Positions 46,511 to 59,272 of a stretch of DNA of 64,000 nucleotides are shown here, in pieces. A program made the position numbers and the translations under genes. Each line of letters opens with the position of its first letter. Position 1 is the stretch's first letter. The notes under the pieces were generated by a model, which was not told where the DNA came from, searched no databases, and saw only the letters and a list, made by a program, of their open reading frames with translations. This DNA comes from Negaprion brevirostris (taxonomy: Eukaryota). The DNA is taken from contig JARDVH010000097.1 in NCBI GenBank assembly GCA_030324005.1, positions 71,934,346 to 71,998,345 of the forward strand, given 5' to 3'.

Positions 46511-48672
46511 GGCCACATTAAGCTCACTAATGTCCTTTAGGGAATGAAATGAGTGGCTTAGATATAATTCCAGACCTAATGCAATGTGGTTGACTCTTAA
46601 CTACCCTCTGAAATGGCTTAGATGGCCATTCTGTTACATCAGACCTCGACAAAAAGACAAGAATGTAACCAGACCGAACACCAAATATTGACCTAGGCAT
46701 CAAATATGACAGAGGCGCACCTAATAAGAACATAAGAACATAAGAAATAGGAGCAGGAGTAGGCCATCTAGCCCCTCGAGCCTGCCCNNNNNNNNNNNNN
46801 NNNNNNNNNNNNNNNNNNNNNNNNNNNNNNNNNNNNNNNNNNNNNNNNNNNNNNNNNNNNNNNNNNNNNNNNNNNNNNNNNNNNNNNCAGCTGCAGCAAG
46901 ACCTCCCTACTTTTATATTCAAGCCCCCTCGCTATAAAAATCCATCTTACCCAGCAAATTCTCCTCTCTGTTATCTGGGGATTTTTGGCAAACTTGAGAT
47001 CTCTGCCTAACAGGTTAGTCAAACAACTATACTCACAGAATCATATCTCAATCAATGTCCTAAACTCCTCTATCACCATTCTTACCTATGTCCTGATCCA
47101 CTGGCAGGACAGACCAACCAAAGGTGATGGCATAGTAACAAATTGTCAGGAGTGATTGGCTCTGGGAGACCTCAACATCAATGCTGGAATGCATGAAGTC
47201 AGATGGCATCAGGCCAAACACAGCAAGGAAACCTCCTGCTGATTATCACTCTCCACTTTCCTTCAGCTGATGAATCAGTACTTCTCCATGTTGGACACCA
47301 TTTGGAAGAAGCACTGAGAGTAGCAAGAGCACAGAGTGCACTCTGCTTAGGCAGCTTCAACATCTGTTATTTAGTGATTTGGTAACAATATTACTGACTA
47401 AGATATCAGAGTCCCAAAGGACACATCTACAGTCAGGGTGACTGAACCAACAAGGAGGAAAACTCTACTTGATCTCATTCTTACTAATCTACTTGCCACT
47501 GGTACATTGATCCAATACAGCATTGGATCACATAGTCCTTGCAGAGACAACATCCTATCTGAGGGCACAACCACCTTGCTAAATGGGATAGATTCAGAAC
47601 AGATCTAGCAACCCAAAACTTGGCATTCAGAAGGTACTTTGGGCCATTAGCAATAGCAATTTATAACCTCATGGCCTGATATATCCCTCCCTATTCCATT
47701 ACCAGTATGCCAGGGAAACAATCATGGTTCACTAATTATAAAAGAGCATTCATTAGGTGACAATCTGGTACAGCTACAATACAGGACCTCATTCACACCA
47801 AACAGTGAAAGCAGCATGTTACAAGACAGAAAAAATATCTGGCAATCACCAGACCAAATGAAATCTCTGCAGCTCTGCCACATCTAATTGTGAATAGTTG
47901 TGGATAGTTAAACACCTAACTAGGAGATCCAAGTATCACTGGGTCCGTACAAGTGCCTGACAGTAATAATCTCCAACAAGACAGGCTAGCTATCTCCTTT
48001 TAACATTCACAGAATTATCATCTCTGAATCTTCCATCATCAACATCTTGGAGATCAATATTAATCAGCTATTTGATGGGCTCAGCCACTTAAATATTGCG
48101 CTGGAAGAGTAAGCCAAAGGCTGGATATTCTGTGGAGAGTAACTCACCCCCTGACTTCCAAAAACTTTTCCATCAACTACAAGGCACAAGTCAGGAATGT
48201 GATGGAATACTCTCCACTTGCCTGGATGAGTGCAGCTCCAACAACATTCAACACTATCCAGGACAAAGCAAACCACTTGATCAGCAACCCATCCACAATC
48301 TTGAGCATTCTCTCCCTCCACCAAAAGCATGCCACTGCATCATTACATACCATCTACGAGATGCACTGCAGCAACTTGACAAGGCTTCTTCAGTAACACC
48401 TCCCACACTGACAAGTGTAGCAGGTAAATACCACCACCTGCAAATTTCACTCTAAGTCACACATCATCCAGAACTGAAAGTATATCATTGTTCCTTCACT
48501 GTTACTGGGTAAAAATCCTGCATCTCCCTCCATAACAGTATGGTGGGTGTACTTCACATGGACTGCACATGTTTAAGGCAGTGGCTCATCAATACCATCT
48601 CAAGGGCAGTTAGGGTGGGAATACATGCTGGCTTTGACAGTGATGATCATGTCTCATGAAAGAATAAAAATA
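46511..48672 (+). mobile_element. LINE family B: 5' UTR, APE endonuclease and 3' end; RT internally deleted; CR1 insert at 46722-46937
   Basis: Endonuclease motifs I.G...(I)LTESYL and LLLIIT...PSADESVLLHVGHHLEEAL...LGSFN. 3' MMEYSPLAWMSAAPTT and tail. Confidence 0.85.
46722..46937 (-). mobile_element. CR1 fragment spanning a gap
   Basis: (aagaacat)n tail; FIARGLEYKSREVLLQL. Confidence 0.85.
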
Positions 48673-49179
48673 ATTAACCTTTTAAAAAGTTAATATTAGA
48701 GATTGGAGCATAAGGACCAAGACAGTTAAACCAATGAATATTTTAAAATTGCCACTAAACCACTTCAAAGTATAAATCTTTATAAAATGTTGTTATACAT
48801 GCAAAAATGCTTTTGCTCTTCCTCCCTTTAATTAATCATTGATTCATAACATGTAAATCTTAGTCATTACACTGCAATCTGACTTACGTGTTCCCATTGC
48901 TGGGAATAATGGTAGACTAACTTATTTGAAGGCTTGTATAATAATAACTCACATTAAAATAAACACAGTAATGATAGGGATGTTGTTGCATTATAAGTTT
49001 TCTATGTGGATTGCACCTGTAATTATCTATACAAAATTACAGAGCCAATTGACAGATACTTCAAAAGACAAAAGCTGGGCATTTTTCAATGTTTTTCAAC
49101 AGGAAACAGAAATGAAAAAGACAGTGTTACACAGGTACTGTAAAATGGGTTGTAACATTAATTTGTATGATACTTGAGC

Positions 49180-51300
49180 TTGGGGTATCAATTCACAGCA
49201 TGCCTGGGCCCAGGGAAAATATCAAAATCCATCTACCCATCTCATTTACATGATTGTAGAGTGGCCACAAGCAGCTTTCGCAGAGCCCTGGCCTCTGTTT
49301 CAGTGCACTTGTCCTCTGCATATTCCAGGGGACCTGAATCACGTGCTCCGACAATTCTTACAAAAGGATAAAAGAGGAGTTCCAATAAGACACTGCAAAT
49401 TGCTGGATAATGGTTTTTCACCACTCAGGGAGAGGCAATGGCACACTAAGGGAAGGAGGGATCTCCCAGATTTTGCAACCTGTCCTGGACTCAATCTAAC
49501 AAGAGGTCCAGGCCAGGGAGGAAGCCATTTCCAGCAGGAAGAAAGAAGCTCCTCAAAGTAATCAGGCCAAGAGAATTGGAGCAGATGGTTAGCATTATGA
49601 ACACCCAGACCGTGGCACCATGACCTTGATACAGGTCCCATTAATGCTCAATGCCCCAAACGTCCATCACTCACCAGACAGCATCCTGACATCCAGGCTC
49701 ATCCCTAATATCCTTCTAGGGCACCATATGCACACACGCACCTTGCAATAATGCCAACCACATGGGCAGTTCACTGCCTCTGTATACCTCAGCTATTTAG
49801 TTATGGCAGACACATCACCCAAACATAATCACAATCACTGAATTTTGCCTTCACTCCTGTGGGGGAGAAAGCCACCCACAAAAAGGCAGATGATGGGTGG
49901 AGGACCATCAAAAATGGGAGATCCCAAGGGTCCCAGGCACATGTGGCACTTGCCAAGGCTATCTTGGATGATGATAAATTGCTCAGTTATATGCCATCTT
50001 CACTTACTCCTCACCTTTACCTGAAGGGTGAAATGGAAACTTCAGGTGGAGTCATTGTGGGCCTTCTGCTTTTCTCCCAACCCTCCTTGTCTCAGCTCTT
50101 CCCCATTGCTTTTGTGCTTTGAGTCTAGAACTGCCAGGTGCTGAGCACTTGCAGCATCAAGTAAAAGGGCAAGAGGAAAAGAGATCAGTCACTTGGCCTA
50201 ACACCCATAGCTACCTGCTCAGTTACTGGCACTACTCGAACATCAAAGGTAATTTTGGATCTGTGTGAGACACCAGACAGTGAGTGAGCAACCAGGTTGG
50301 GGCATACGTCACCCTGTATGCAAATTTCCCAGAAAGCAAAGTCGATCACCATTTGTATCACAGGGCACTCAGAAGAGGACCTCATTGAGATGGGCTTTTG
50401 AAAAAAGCTGATGTATACCAAGGTGCTTGGTGCTTTTGCAGGCCTGCCAGATAGGTCGCAATTACCACATAAAAGGATTGAGTTCAGCTCCACCATGGCA
50501 TAGGCACTGGTTAGAACTTGGAGCCCATCCTTTCCAGCATTGAAGTGTTGGACAACTCCATCGGAGCATTGCCATATAAACCCCTAATGGACAGAATACT
50601 GGTTGCTGTCTCAGTTTCCACTGCAGTACAGATGGATTTCTCGATGTATCAGACTTTAATGGAAATTCAGACAGTGGTTGCATGAGATTCCCAGTTTTTT
50701 GCATGAAGCACAGACTGCTGCATTCCATGCACCAACAACTGCTGTTGGATATGTGAGCCTGAGTGGTCAGAGACGTGCAGACTCACATGGCAGGGCTAAA
50801 TCAGTGCTGCAGCAGATTACGACAACTGCTAAATGATGTTCCACACGAGCGGAAATGACTCAGTGGAGTATGAACCCATTATGGTCTCAGGATGACAGCG
50901 TTTGTGCTCCCACCATTGTGTGTACTCTTCCTATCACCCCTCAACTGTCCAGCCCAGACTGCTGTTACCCATGCTGAAGTGGTGCAGTCTGAAGCCAGAC
51001 CATCAAGACCCAGTGCTGCTTGTGTCATCACCCCAACTGAATGTCAGCTGCCTTCCACCAGCTATGCTGCAGCTACTGAGATAGCCCTGTGTAGGAGCAA
51101 AGGACCAGGTAAAGGCATCCACAAGGCAGCTAAGGACATTCACAAGGGTAGTTAGTTGCTTTTTTTTTATTGATGTACTGCTGGATAAAGCAGTTAGGTG
51201 AAGGTTATTGCAGTCACTTTATTGAATGGATTAGGCTAAGGGGACTTTGAAATGGAGAGTTGGAAATGAGTGTACTTTGGTGAATGGCGGTTACCTGGTG
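49180..51300 (+). mobile_element. Harbinger-type remnant carrying a decayed Myb/SANT-like ORF
   Basis: With frameshifts: MAH.GRRDLPDF..QEVQAR.EAI/FPAGRKKL...EQM...N.QTVAP (49438-49625), EKATHK (49864), KKLM...VLGAFAGLPD (50400-50455), LEPILSSIEV (50518-50550). No transposase seen. Confidence 0.55.
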
Positions 51301-52214
51301 GGGGTAGGGAAGGTGATAGAATACATAGCTAGACAAAACAGAAAAACACAATATTTGTTTCAGAACTTACTAATTCATTTAATATCTTTAAGGCAACCGA
51401 TGGGATTAAGCCACTTGGTGACAGGGTGGCGCTATGAAAGAATCTGTGTACAAGAAATCTGGCCACAATGAAGGATCGTAAGGATAAAAGATGTTTTTCA
51501 ATAATTTAAAATATTTTAAAAGATTCATTTTTGAAAGCGAATAAAGTTCACAAAGATGATAGGACACAGAATTCATCTTAACAGTAGTAAGAAAATCCCT
51601 GAAAAGAGAGAGACACCAAAAATTTCAGAAAAATCACATTTTTGTTGCAAATGGAATAGGACTGGAGTTCACAGAGGTAATTCCAGGCCAGAATCAACTG
51701 GAATTTTTACAATCCTTGAGCAACACTATAAACCTCATGGCTGATGAAAAGAATTGATCATGAGTTCTGGCAAACTTCTCTAGATTCATAAGCATCAGGT
51801 CTTGCATGGAATTTGACAACTAGATTCAGTGCAACATGATGATGTGTTCTTTATTAAGCAACTATTTGGTTTAGAATTGACAGGGGTTGGGGGTGGGAGG
51901 TGGTGGTGGACGCAATGCATGACTGCTCCCTAATAATATCTAGGATATTATAATCACGTTTCTTTCTTGTGGACAAAACTGGACAGCCTTATATTCATAT
52001 TTTGAAATTTCATATGCCACTGTCGTTCTTGCCCACTGTTCCCATCTTCAGTTTCAGATCTTGAAATATGATCCCCATCTAACAAGTCAAATTAATCCAT
52101 CACCTATTCAGGCCTCACCATTGTAGGATTTTGTTAGAGCAATAAGTTCTGTTTTGTGTTCTTGCTGTTATTTATATAGACATGCCTGCTATATAAACCA
52201 GGGAAAGAATTGAT

Positions 52215-52610
52215 TTGGATTTATGTAGTGTCTCTTACACACTTAAAACGTCTCAGAAGCACTTCATATGCAACAAATTGCTCAAAGAGTAGTCACCACT
52301 TTTGTGGGGAAACATGCCTGCCAATGTGTGCACAAGATGCCAGAAACAGCAAGTTTGATAAATGGCCAATTAAGCAGCATTGGTTGTATTGATTGAAGGA
52401 TGTTAGCCAGGGTTAACTTCTCGGTTTTGCTTTGCAGGATCTTCTACATCTGTCTGAAAAACAACTTAAAATCTATCACCTGAAAGACAACATATTTCCA
52501 CAGAATTATTTTGCAATGCCAACTTTGACTACAAGCTCCAGTACTAAAATATAACTTCAATTTGTGACCTAGTCACAGGAGGGAGATGCTTTCACTGAAA
52601 TAAACTGACA
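52215..52610 (-). mobile_element. Deu-domain SINE (SacSINE1-like)
   Basis: atttatgtagtgtc..aaaacgtctcagaagcacttca tail; gccaatgtgtgcacaagatgccagaaacagcaa core. Confidence 0.6.
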
Positions 52611-52859
52611 TTTGGGAGTTATTTTATTGGGGGGGCGAATAAGGAGAAAAACAATTACTATTTTTGAAAAATCATTCCATTGTTTTAAAACAAAATTTCT
52701 CCATTAAGATAGGGATGGGGAAAATTTTACGTGCTGAGTGCGGCCTCTCTTTAAATACTTGCTAGTAACTGCAGTTATCATAAAAGTGTAATGAAAATGA
52801 ATGCAAAGCCAGAAAAATAAATCCACAAAGTGATAAAAAGGTAGATGGGGAGGGATCAG

Positions 52860-53030
52860 AAGTTTTGGGATACAGGCACAGCAGGAGTCAGGAACTTAAA
52901 GTAGTGGACATTTGGAGGAGATTACGGGATATGGGGATTGACAGAATCACAGGGATTTAAATATAAGAATGTCCAAAGCATTGGCGTCCTAGGAGGCAAC
53001 ATAATTTAGCAAGTAAATGGGATGTAGTTT
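52860..53030 (-). mobile_element. Old L2-like fragment
   Basis: ggaggagattacgggatatgggg...agggatttaaatataagaatg pattern; related piece at 54515-54680. Confidence 0.4.
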
Positions 53031-53084
53031 GTGTAGATTTCAGTATATTAGCTATACTGGAACAAACTGGCTTGGAATGCAGCT

Positions 53085-53345
53085 AGATCTTGAGCACCAG
53101 TCTTCCCTATTACTGCCAGGATGTTGTCAAGACCCATAGAAATTCCAGTATCCAAGGCCTTTAGCTGTTTCTCAAGATCATGTGGAGTGAATCAATTTAG
53201 CTTAAAACTGGCATCCATGATGTTGGGGACCTCGTGGAGGCTGAGTTAGGTCATCCACCCAGCACTTCTATCTGAAGATGATTGCAAATACTTCAACCTT
53301 GTCTTTTGCACTGACGTGCTGTCCTTTTTATATCACTATTGTTCC
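53085..53345 (-). mobile_element. LINE family B fragment
   Basis: atgattgcaaatacttcaaccttgtcttttgcactgac region. A 5' endonuclease piece of the same family lies at 54385-54510. Confidence 0.65.
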
Positions 53346-53833
53346 ATCATCACCTATCACAGGTCANNNNNNNNNNNNNNNNNNNNNNNNNNNNNNNNNN
53401 NNNNNNNNNNNNNNNNNNNNNNNNNNNNNNNNNNNNNNNNNNNNNNNNNNNNNNNNNNNNNNNNNNNNNNNNNNNNNNNNNNNNNNNNNNNNNNNNNNNN
53501 NNNNNNNNNNNNNNNNNNNNNNNNNNNNNNNNNNNNNNNNNNNNNNNNNNNNNNNNNNNNNNNNNNNNNNNNNNNNNNNNNNNNNNNNNNNNNNNNNNNN
53601 NNNNNNNNNNNNNNNNNNNNNNNNNNNNNNNNNNNNNNNNNNNNNNNNNNNNNNNNNNNNNNNNNNNNNNNNNNNNNNNNNNNNNNNNNNNNNNNNNNNN
53701 NNNNNNNNNNNNNNNNNNNNNNNNNNNNNNNNNNNNNNNNNNNNNNNNNNNNNNNNNNNNNNNNNNNNNNNNNNNNNNNNNNNNNNNNNNNNNNNNNNNN
53801 NNNNNNNNNNNNNNNNNNNNNNNNNNNNNNNNN

Positions 53834-54090
53834 GGGAGAAGAGGTGGGGGGGTGGGGGGGGGAGAGGGTAGGATCAAGTGGACTATGATTGGTTAGGTGT
53901 GCAGGGAGGAAGGGTGGGTCGGGTGGTCAGTGCTGGTATGAGGGAGTGGGGGTGGGGAAGAGTTTGGTAATCAGTGGGAGTTGGTCAGCAAGGGTAGTTA
54001 AGGGGCTACAAAGTACTTGTGGAGATGGGTAGAGGGTGGTTTGGAAGCTGGAAGGCAGTTGGGGTGTCCTGTGGGGGTTGGGAATGAGTC
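53834..54090. repeat. G-rich low-complexity tract
   Basis: Degenerate (ggtggg/ggtcag)n after a gap. Confidence 0.6.
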
Positions 54091-54899
54091 AGTACTATAA
54101 TTACTCTGGAATTAGAAGTGATTCTAATTCTTCTAAATTTTTCTGGTTAACTGTTCCCGTAACAGTTGGAACCATGCAAAGATTGTGATTTAAATTAGAG
54201 TATTGGACAGTTCCCAGTTCTGGATAATGGCCCAAGGCAAATTTGAACTTGCTGGACAATTACTGTGCAATCTTTAACTGGGGCCTTCAGGAAGGGTTTT
54301 CTCACAGCATCTTTGAGGAATCCGCTGCATACGACGTCCCAGCGGCTGGAAGTTATGGGACAATGCTGTGGAATTGAGGGCAACTCCCTTCTGATTGATT
54401 AGCATTGTCTGTAAGGTATGATTCCAGGAGTATGACTGTCAGGCTATTGCTCGACTAATCTACGGAACAGCTCTCCCAGTTTTGAGAAGTCCCCAGATAT
54501 TGGTAAAAGGACATAGGTTTTAAGGAGGATTTTAAAGAAGATGAGAGAAGTAGAACAGAGAAATTTGGGAGGGAAATTCTAGAGCTTAAGGCACAGCCTT
54601 GNNNNNNNNNNCACAGGATCAGGGAATCAAAGGAAATGCAGACAGATCAGAAGATGCAAGAGCTGAGGTAGGCCTTTAGGCTCACTAAGTTTGCTTCACC
54701 ATTCAATGTGTTCTTTGTGTTGAGAAGAAAACAGTCTGTCTAGTCTCTATGCTGACACAGTATCTGATCTCACAGAGGTTGTCGCTGTCCTAACATGGAA
54801 ATGAAAGTACTGCAGAATAAAACAAACCAGACGCAGAAATTCTACCTGCAATGTTGCAACATTTTCACCTGTCTGTTCAGCAAGTGATTGCCCCAGAAG

Positions 54900-56005
54900 C
54901 TAGAATAAACTTCAACTGCATGTGGTGTAAATTTAACAGAATGAGTTGTTTTCATTTGTACAAAATAGGCAAGGTAGATCAGTGGGATGCCATAAATTAT
55001 GCACATAATCTGTCACTGTAAGATACACAAACAGCAACTAATACCATACAGGTACAGATAGACAATGTATTATCAAGAAAGAAAAAACACAAGTTTAAAC
55101 ATATGCAATCAGATGTACTTCAAGGGCATTAAAGAAAATATATTTCTGATCTGCTGTTAACTTTACATGAGGTACAAAACTGTACACCCAAATCTAAAAG
55201 GTTAAAGTTTTCAAACAATTAATTTATAGCTGCACTATGAACTGTATGATGCTCATTATGTCCATTAAAAGTTGTTAAAATGGACATCACTTCAAAGTTG
55301 TAAGTGGAATTTACAGAGAAAATAATTACATAGAATGTTTTGTTACAATTTCTCTGGGGAGAAATTAATGTGGGATACCCAAGCTGTACCTCATTGAATT
55401 TCTATCAGCGTTCTCATTCTCTACTCATTAGTCTGCTGATTGACTGTCTATGGGTTTGAAGATTTGGAAAGACTGTTTTAGCCTTATTTGTTTGATGATC
55501 CTAAACCAGAATATCTGTTTGCATCCAGTTTGATACTGACCCCGAGAATCCATAGTATTCACCCCATCAATCCGTGGTGACAATGTAGGTTGTGCAAGAA
55601 GTCGTGCAATATTCATTCAACAACATTATTACAGTAAGCAACAAATATAACCAGAATAAAGTGATCCCAGCATTTACTGATGTTCACAGGTGAACTAATT
55701 TTAATCTGCAAAAAGGTAATAATACATCGCATTATCCAGAATGCAAAGTTTTCCTGTTTCAAAAAAATAAAATTCAGAAATATTAAAAACACTCATCCGC
55801 CTTTTGTTTTCAATAAAATTGAGAAACTGGTATTCCAAAAGGAACATGTACTTAAACGAAAACTAAAACAGTTAAATTAGGTTCCAAACAATACAAAATA
55901 CGTTAATTGGAATTATGTTTATAAATCACAATATATACAAACACACACATGCACACACATGTAAATGCTGATGTAATTCAAACATCTCGCAGACTTGTAT
56001 CTTAG
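54900..56005 (-). other. MIPEP: Putative MIPEP 3' UTR
   Basis: TE-free AT-rich sequence downstream of the stop, with variant poly(A) hexamers on - (ATTAAA ~55701-55706, AGTAAA ~55673-55678). The distal end is a guess. Confidence 0.45.
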
Positions 56006-56103
56006 TTACTCAGAGTCCATGAAGAATGTTTCAAAGTTTAAATCCAGGTCTGACACCAAGGCATCAACAAAGTCATCCATTGAAGGTTTCTTCTGAAGCA
56101 TGT
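56006..56103 (-). CDS. MIPEP: MIPEP (mitochondrial intermediate peptidase) last coding exon
   Basis: Minus-strand acceptor tgttttatttgcAG. The 98 nt give (x)[31 protein letters not shown], nearly identical to recalled human [32 protein letters not shown]. The penultimate exon was not found in the window. Confidence 0.95.
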
Positions 56104-56959
56104 CTGCAAATAAAACATGATAATTACAGAGTTACTCAACTTTGTTCATAATACCTATTAAAATAATCTCTAATATAAATCATTTCCTTTGAAGATCAAC
56201 TTCAGTTGTACTCTGTTCTACTTCTCAAGTGCAATTTCATCCCTGATCAATCATTTTCTTTTAGCAATAAACTTTTGTCACTTTTGACATGGCTTGAATA
56301 GTTCTTTTGACATTATCAAGATCTAGTTATATGGAAGAAAGAAGCACTACCCAAGTTTACTATATTTAAATCAAGTACGTGACAAACATTCTGTATACTT
56401 GCTTTTCACTCTAAAATGGGAAAGTACTTAGAATAAGAAGTATTTTCCCTAGGCCTATCTTTAAACATACCAATTCTTTAAATCTCATTCTTGTCAGCAA
56501 GCCCTTTTCAAAAGTGTTATGAAGGCAATGTAAACAAGCTGGCCCAAATGTGTATCTATATTGCCTGCACTACTGAAAGGTCAATAAGTTTTGACTTGCC
56601 AAAATGTTTATAGTGCTGTCGATTAATTACTAATTAAATAAACACTACTAATTTAGTGAAAAAAACTTATCATATTTTCATCCCAGATGGTCTAACCAAA
56701 GTTTTTCAACATCCATAGTTTTAAAAGGTATAGTAATAAGGTTTTCAGTTGTTACATTGATTACACTGGTATCAGTCACCTTAAAAACTGTGTTAAATTT
56801 AAGTTTGAGAAAGAACAGCAATTATAATTTCTTGATGGGAAATGCTAACTGCTTCTTCAGGAAGATAATTCTTCTTTAAAATAATCATTCGTTTCCATTG
56901 ATTCTGGGTTTTTATGCTTATCAAAATTATCTCCGTGTATACATTTTTCCATATGAGCA

Positions 56960-57612
56960 CTTATTACCATTGTTGAAACCCCCATCCCCAACATCTTCAA
57001 AGTCATCTGCGACGAAATATCTAACTGAAACCAACCATGTAAATACTGCATCTACAAGAGCAGGTCAAAGGCTGGGTGTTCTGTGATAAGTGACTCATCT
57101 CCTGACACCCCAAAGTCTTTCCACCATCTACAAGGTGCGAGTCAGGAGGGTAATGAATACTGTCCACTTACCTGGGCGAGTGCAGCTCCAACACCACTCA
57201 AAACAGCTCAACACTGTCCAAGACAATGCAGTTGGCACCTCATCCATCACCTTAAACTTTGACTCCTCATACTACAGGTGCACTGTAGCTATAGATTTAT
57301 CATCTACAAGATACACTGCAGCAAATTTCCAAAGTTTCTTCAACAGCATCCAAAACCTGCAAACTTTATCTAAATGAACAAGGGCAGCAGGTGCATGGAA
57401 ACATCATCACCTCTTAGATTCTCAAGTTAAGATGGTGGGGAGTTTATCACCATTCTTCATCCTTTCTTACTCAAAATGTTGGAACTCCCTAATTAACAAC
57501 AGTGAGTATATCTTCACTACATGAACCGGTATCTCAGCACTAGCTGGAATGGATAAAAAAAAATCCTGATTTTTGCTAACAATAATTATATCTAGTGAAT
57601 GAATAAAATAAA
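56960..57612 (+). mobile_element. LINE family B 3' region in the MIPEP last intron
   Basis: RAGQRLGVL and LTPQSLSTIYK motifs; ends gaatgaataaaataaa. Confidence 0.85.
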
Positions 57613-58354
57613 AATCACTGCAATTTCTGTCCATTTAAAGGAGTGGCCCAAAGTTCCAGAATTCACTGCACCTATGAGATCATCAGCTCTTAGCACAGAA
57701 ACAGGCAAGTCTGTTTCCTTTCATATGCAGAAAAAAACAGCAATATTTTGCTTAATCTATACTAACAATGAGGACAGATTTCAGGTATTAACAAAAAGAT
57801 TTTGTTACAAAAATAAAAAAGCAGAAATTGTCATCCATCATGATTTAGACTGTTTAACCCTTCTACAGCAATACAAGTTTTACCAGTCACTGGGCAATGG
57901 TCAATTTTATGCCAATATTAATGTGGTTTTATGTTATTAGCCCATACCTCCTCATATTTAAGATTATCAAACCATGCAAGGTCTTTTCAGATGAGTATAC
58001 AGAAAGGTTTCAGCTCACTGATCAGGTTATAATCGTGTGAAAGGACAATGCATTGATACATATACCATATGATCCTGATTGACATTTAATAATGAGGTTT
58101 TCGTCAGAATCCAGAGGGATCCTTGTTCATCAACAAAATCATTGATGGGGACTGAGTGGAAACGACCCCATTCTAATTACTCCCTCAGCCTCTTTTCCAT
58201 TGATCACTGAGTGTTATAATTCCCAAACCTTATTAAATTTCATCAGAAAAAGACATTAGACATATTACTGTATAATTTACATATTAACAGTGAAACTAAT
58301 TGGTGAGGCAATTAGTTAATATATAGGCAGTTTCAGTCACTTTATTTCATCAGA

Positions 58355-58690
58355 ACGGCTTCAAAAGAACGACCAGGTGATTAAAGTATTCAGTACCAAG
58401 TTATGAAAAATTGTCTCAAATAATTAAACTTATTTTCAAAGAAAAGTCAAAACTGAGGAGAAACTTCATATTGATCTTTGAAATAGTGAAAAGCATCAGT
58501 AAGGTTAAAACAAAGATACAGAACTTGAATGACAAGTATAGGACTAAAAAAAATACAAAACTCTCAAATCTGAGAATCGGAAAACTCGAAACTAGGGGGT
58601 ATGTCAAATTGACTACTAAAGCAGCTGAACTGGGATTCACTGAAACTTTAAAAGGAAGTCTGACTGATATATTTTGAGAACGGGAATCAC
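58355..58690 (+). mobile_element. Very old CR1 3' fragment
   Basis: LRRNFILIFEIVK resembles CR1 LRGDLIEVFKIMK. Confidence 0.5.
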
Positions 58691-59004
58691 CACAAATTGC
58701 AGAATTAGCTTATTTACTTTACTCTTGAAATCAAGTTTGTCAACCGCAGCATACTTAGCAAACCTGAAGGTACATTTTAGATCACTGTCACTTAAAACTG
58801 ATACCCATACAACAAAACATTGAAAAATGGTGTAAGTGAATATTTAATTTAAATTTCCACCTGTCTGATTCCAGAGCCATCATTTTCCATCCACTGCATA
58901 TTGCAGGTGGTGTGAAGTGAGCAAATATAAAAGACTGCCCATACTTCCAAGCACACCAGTTTGGAAAATACACAGCTGACTGCTCTTTTCCCCATGAACA
59001 ATTA

Positions 59005-59272
59005 TCGAATAGCTACAGTACAGAAGGAGGCCATTCAGCGCATCGAGTCTGTACTCACTACAATCCTACCCAGGCCTTATTCCCATAACCCTGCTCATCC
59101 CCCTAACACTAGAGTCAATTTTAGCATGGCCAATCAATCTAACCTGCACATTCTTGGATTGTGGGAGGAAACCGGAACACCTGGAGGGAACCCACGCAAA
59201 CACAGGGAGAATATGCATACTCCACACAGACAGTGACCCGAGGCTGGAATTGAACACAGGCCTCTGGTGCTG
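59005..59272 (-). mobile_element. HE1 V-SINE
   Basis: cagaaggaggccattc tail, V-core, partial head. Confidence 0.88.

Noticed and set aside
58066-58121. Phase-compatible candidate penultimate MIPEP exon (IPLDSDENLIIKCQSGSY)
   Set aside because: Does not match the expected conserved RAAGERYRREMLAHGGG...MVE, and the acceptor is weak. The real exon is probably beyond 64000.
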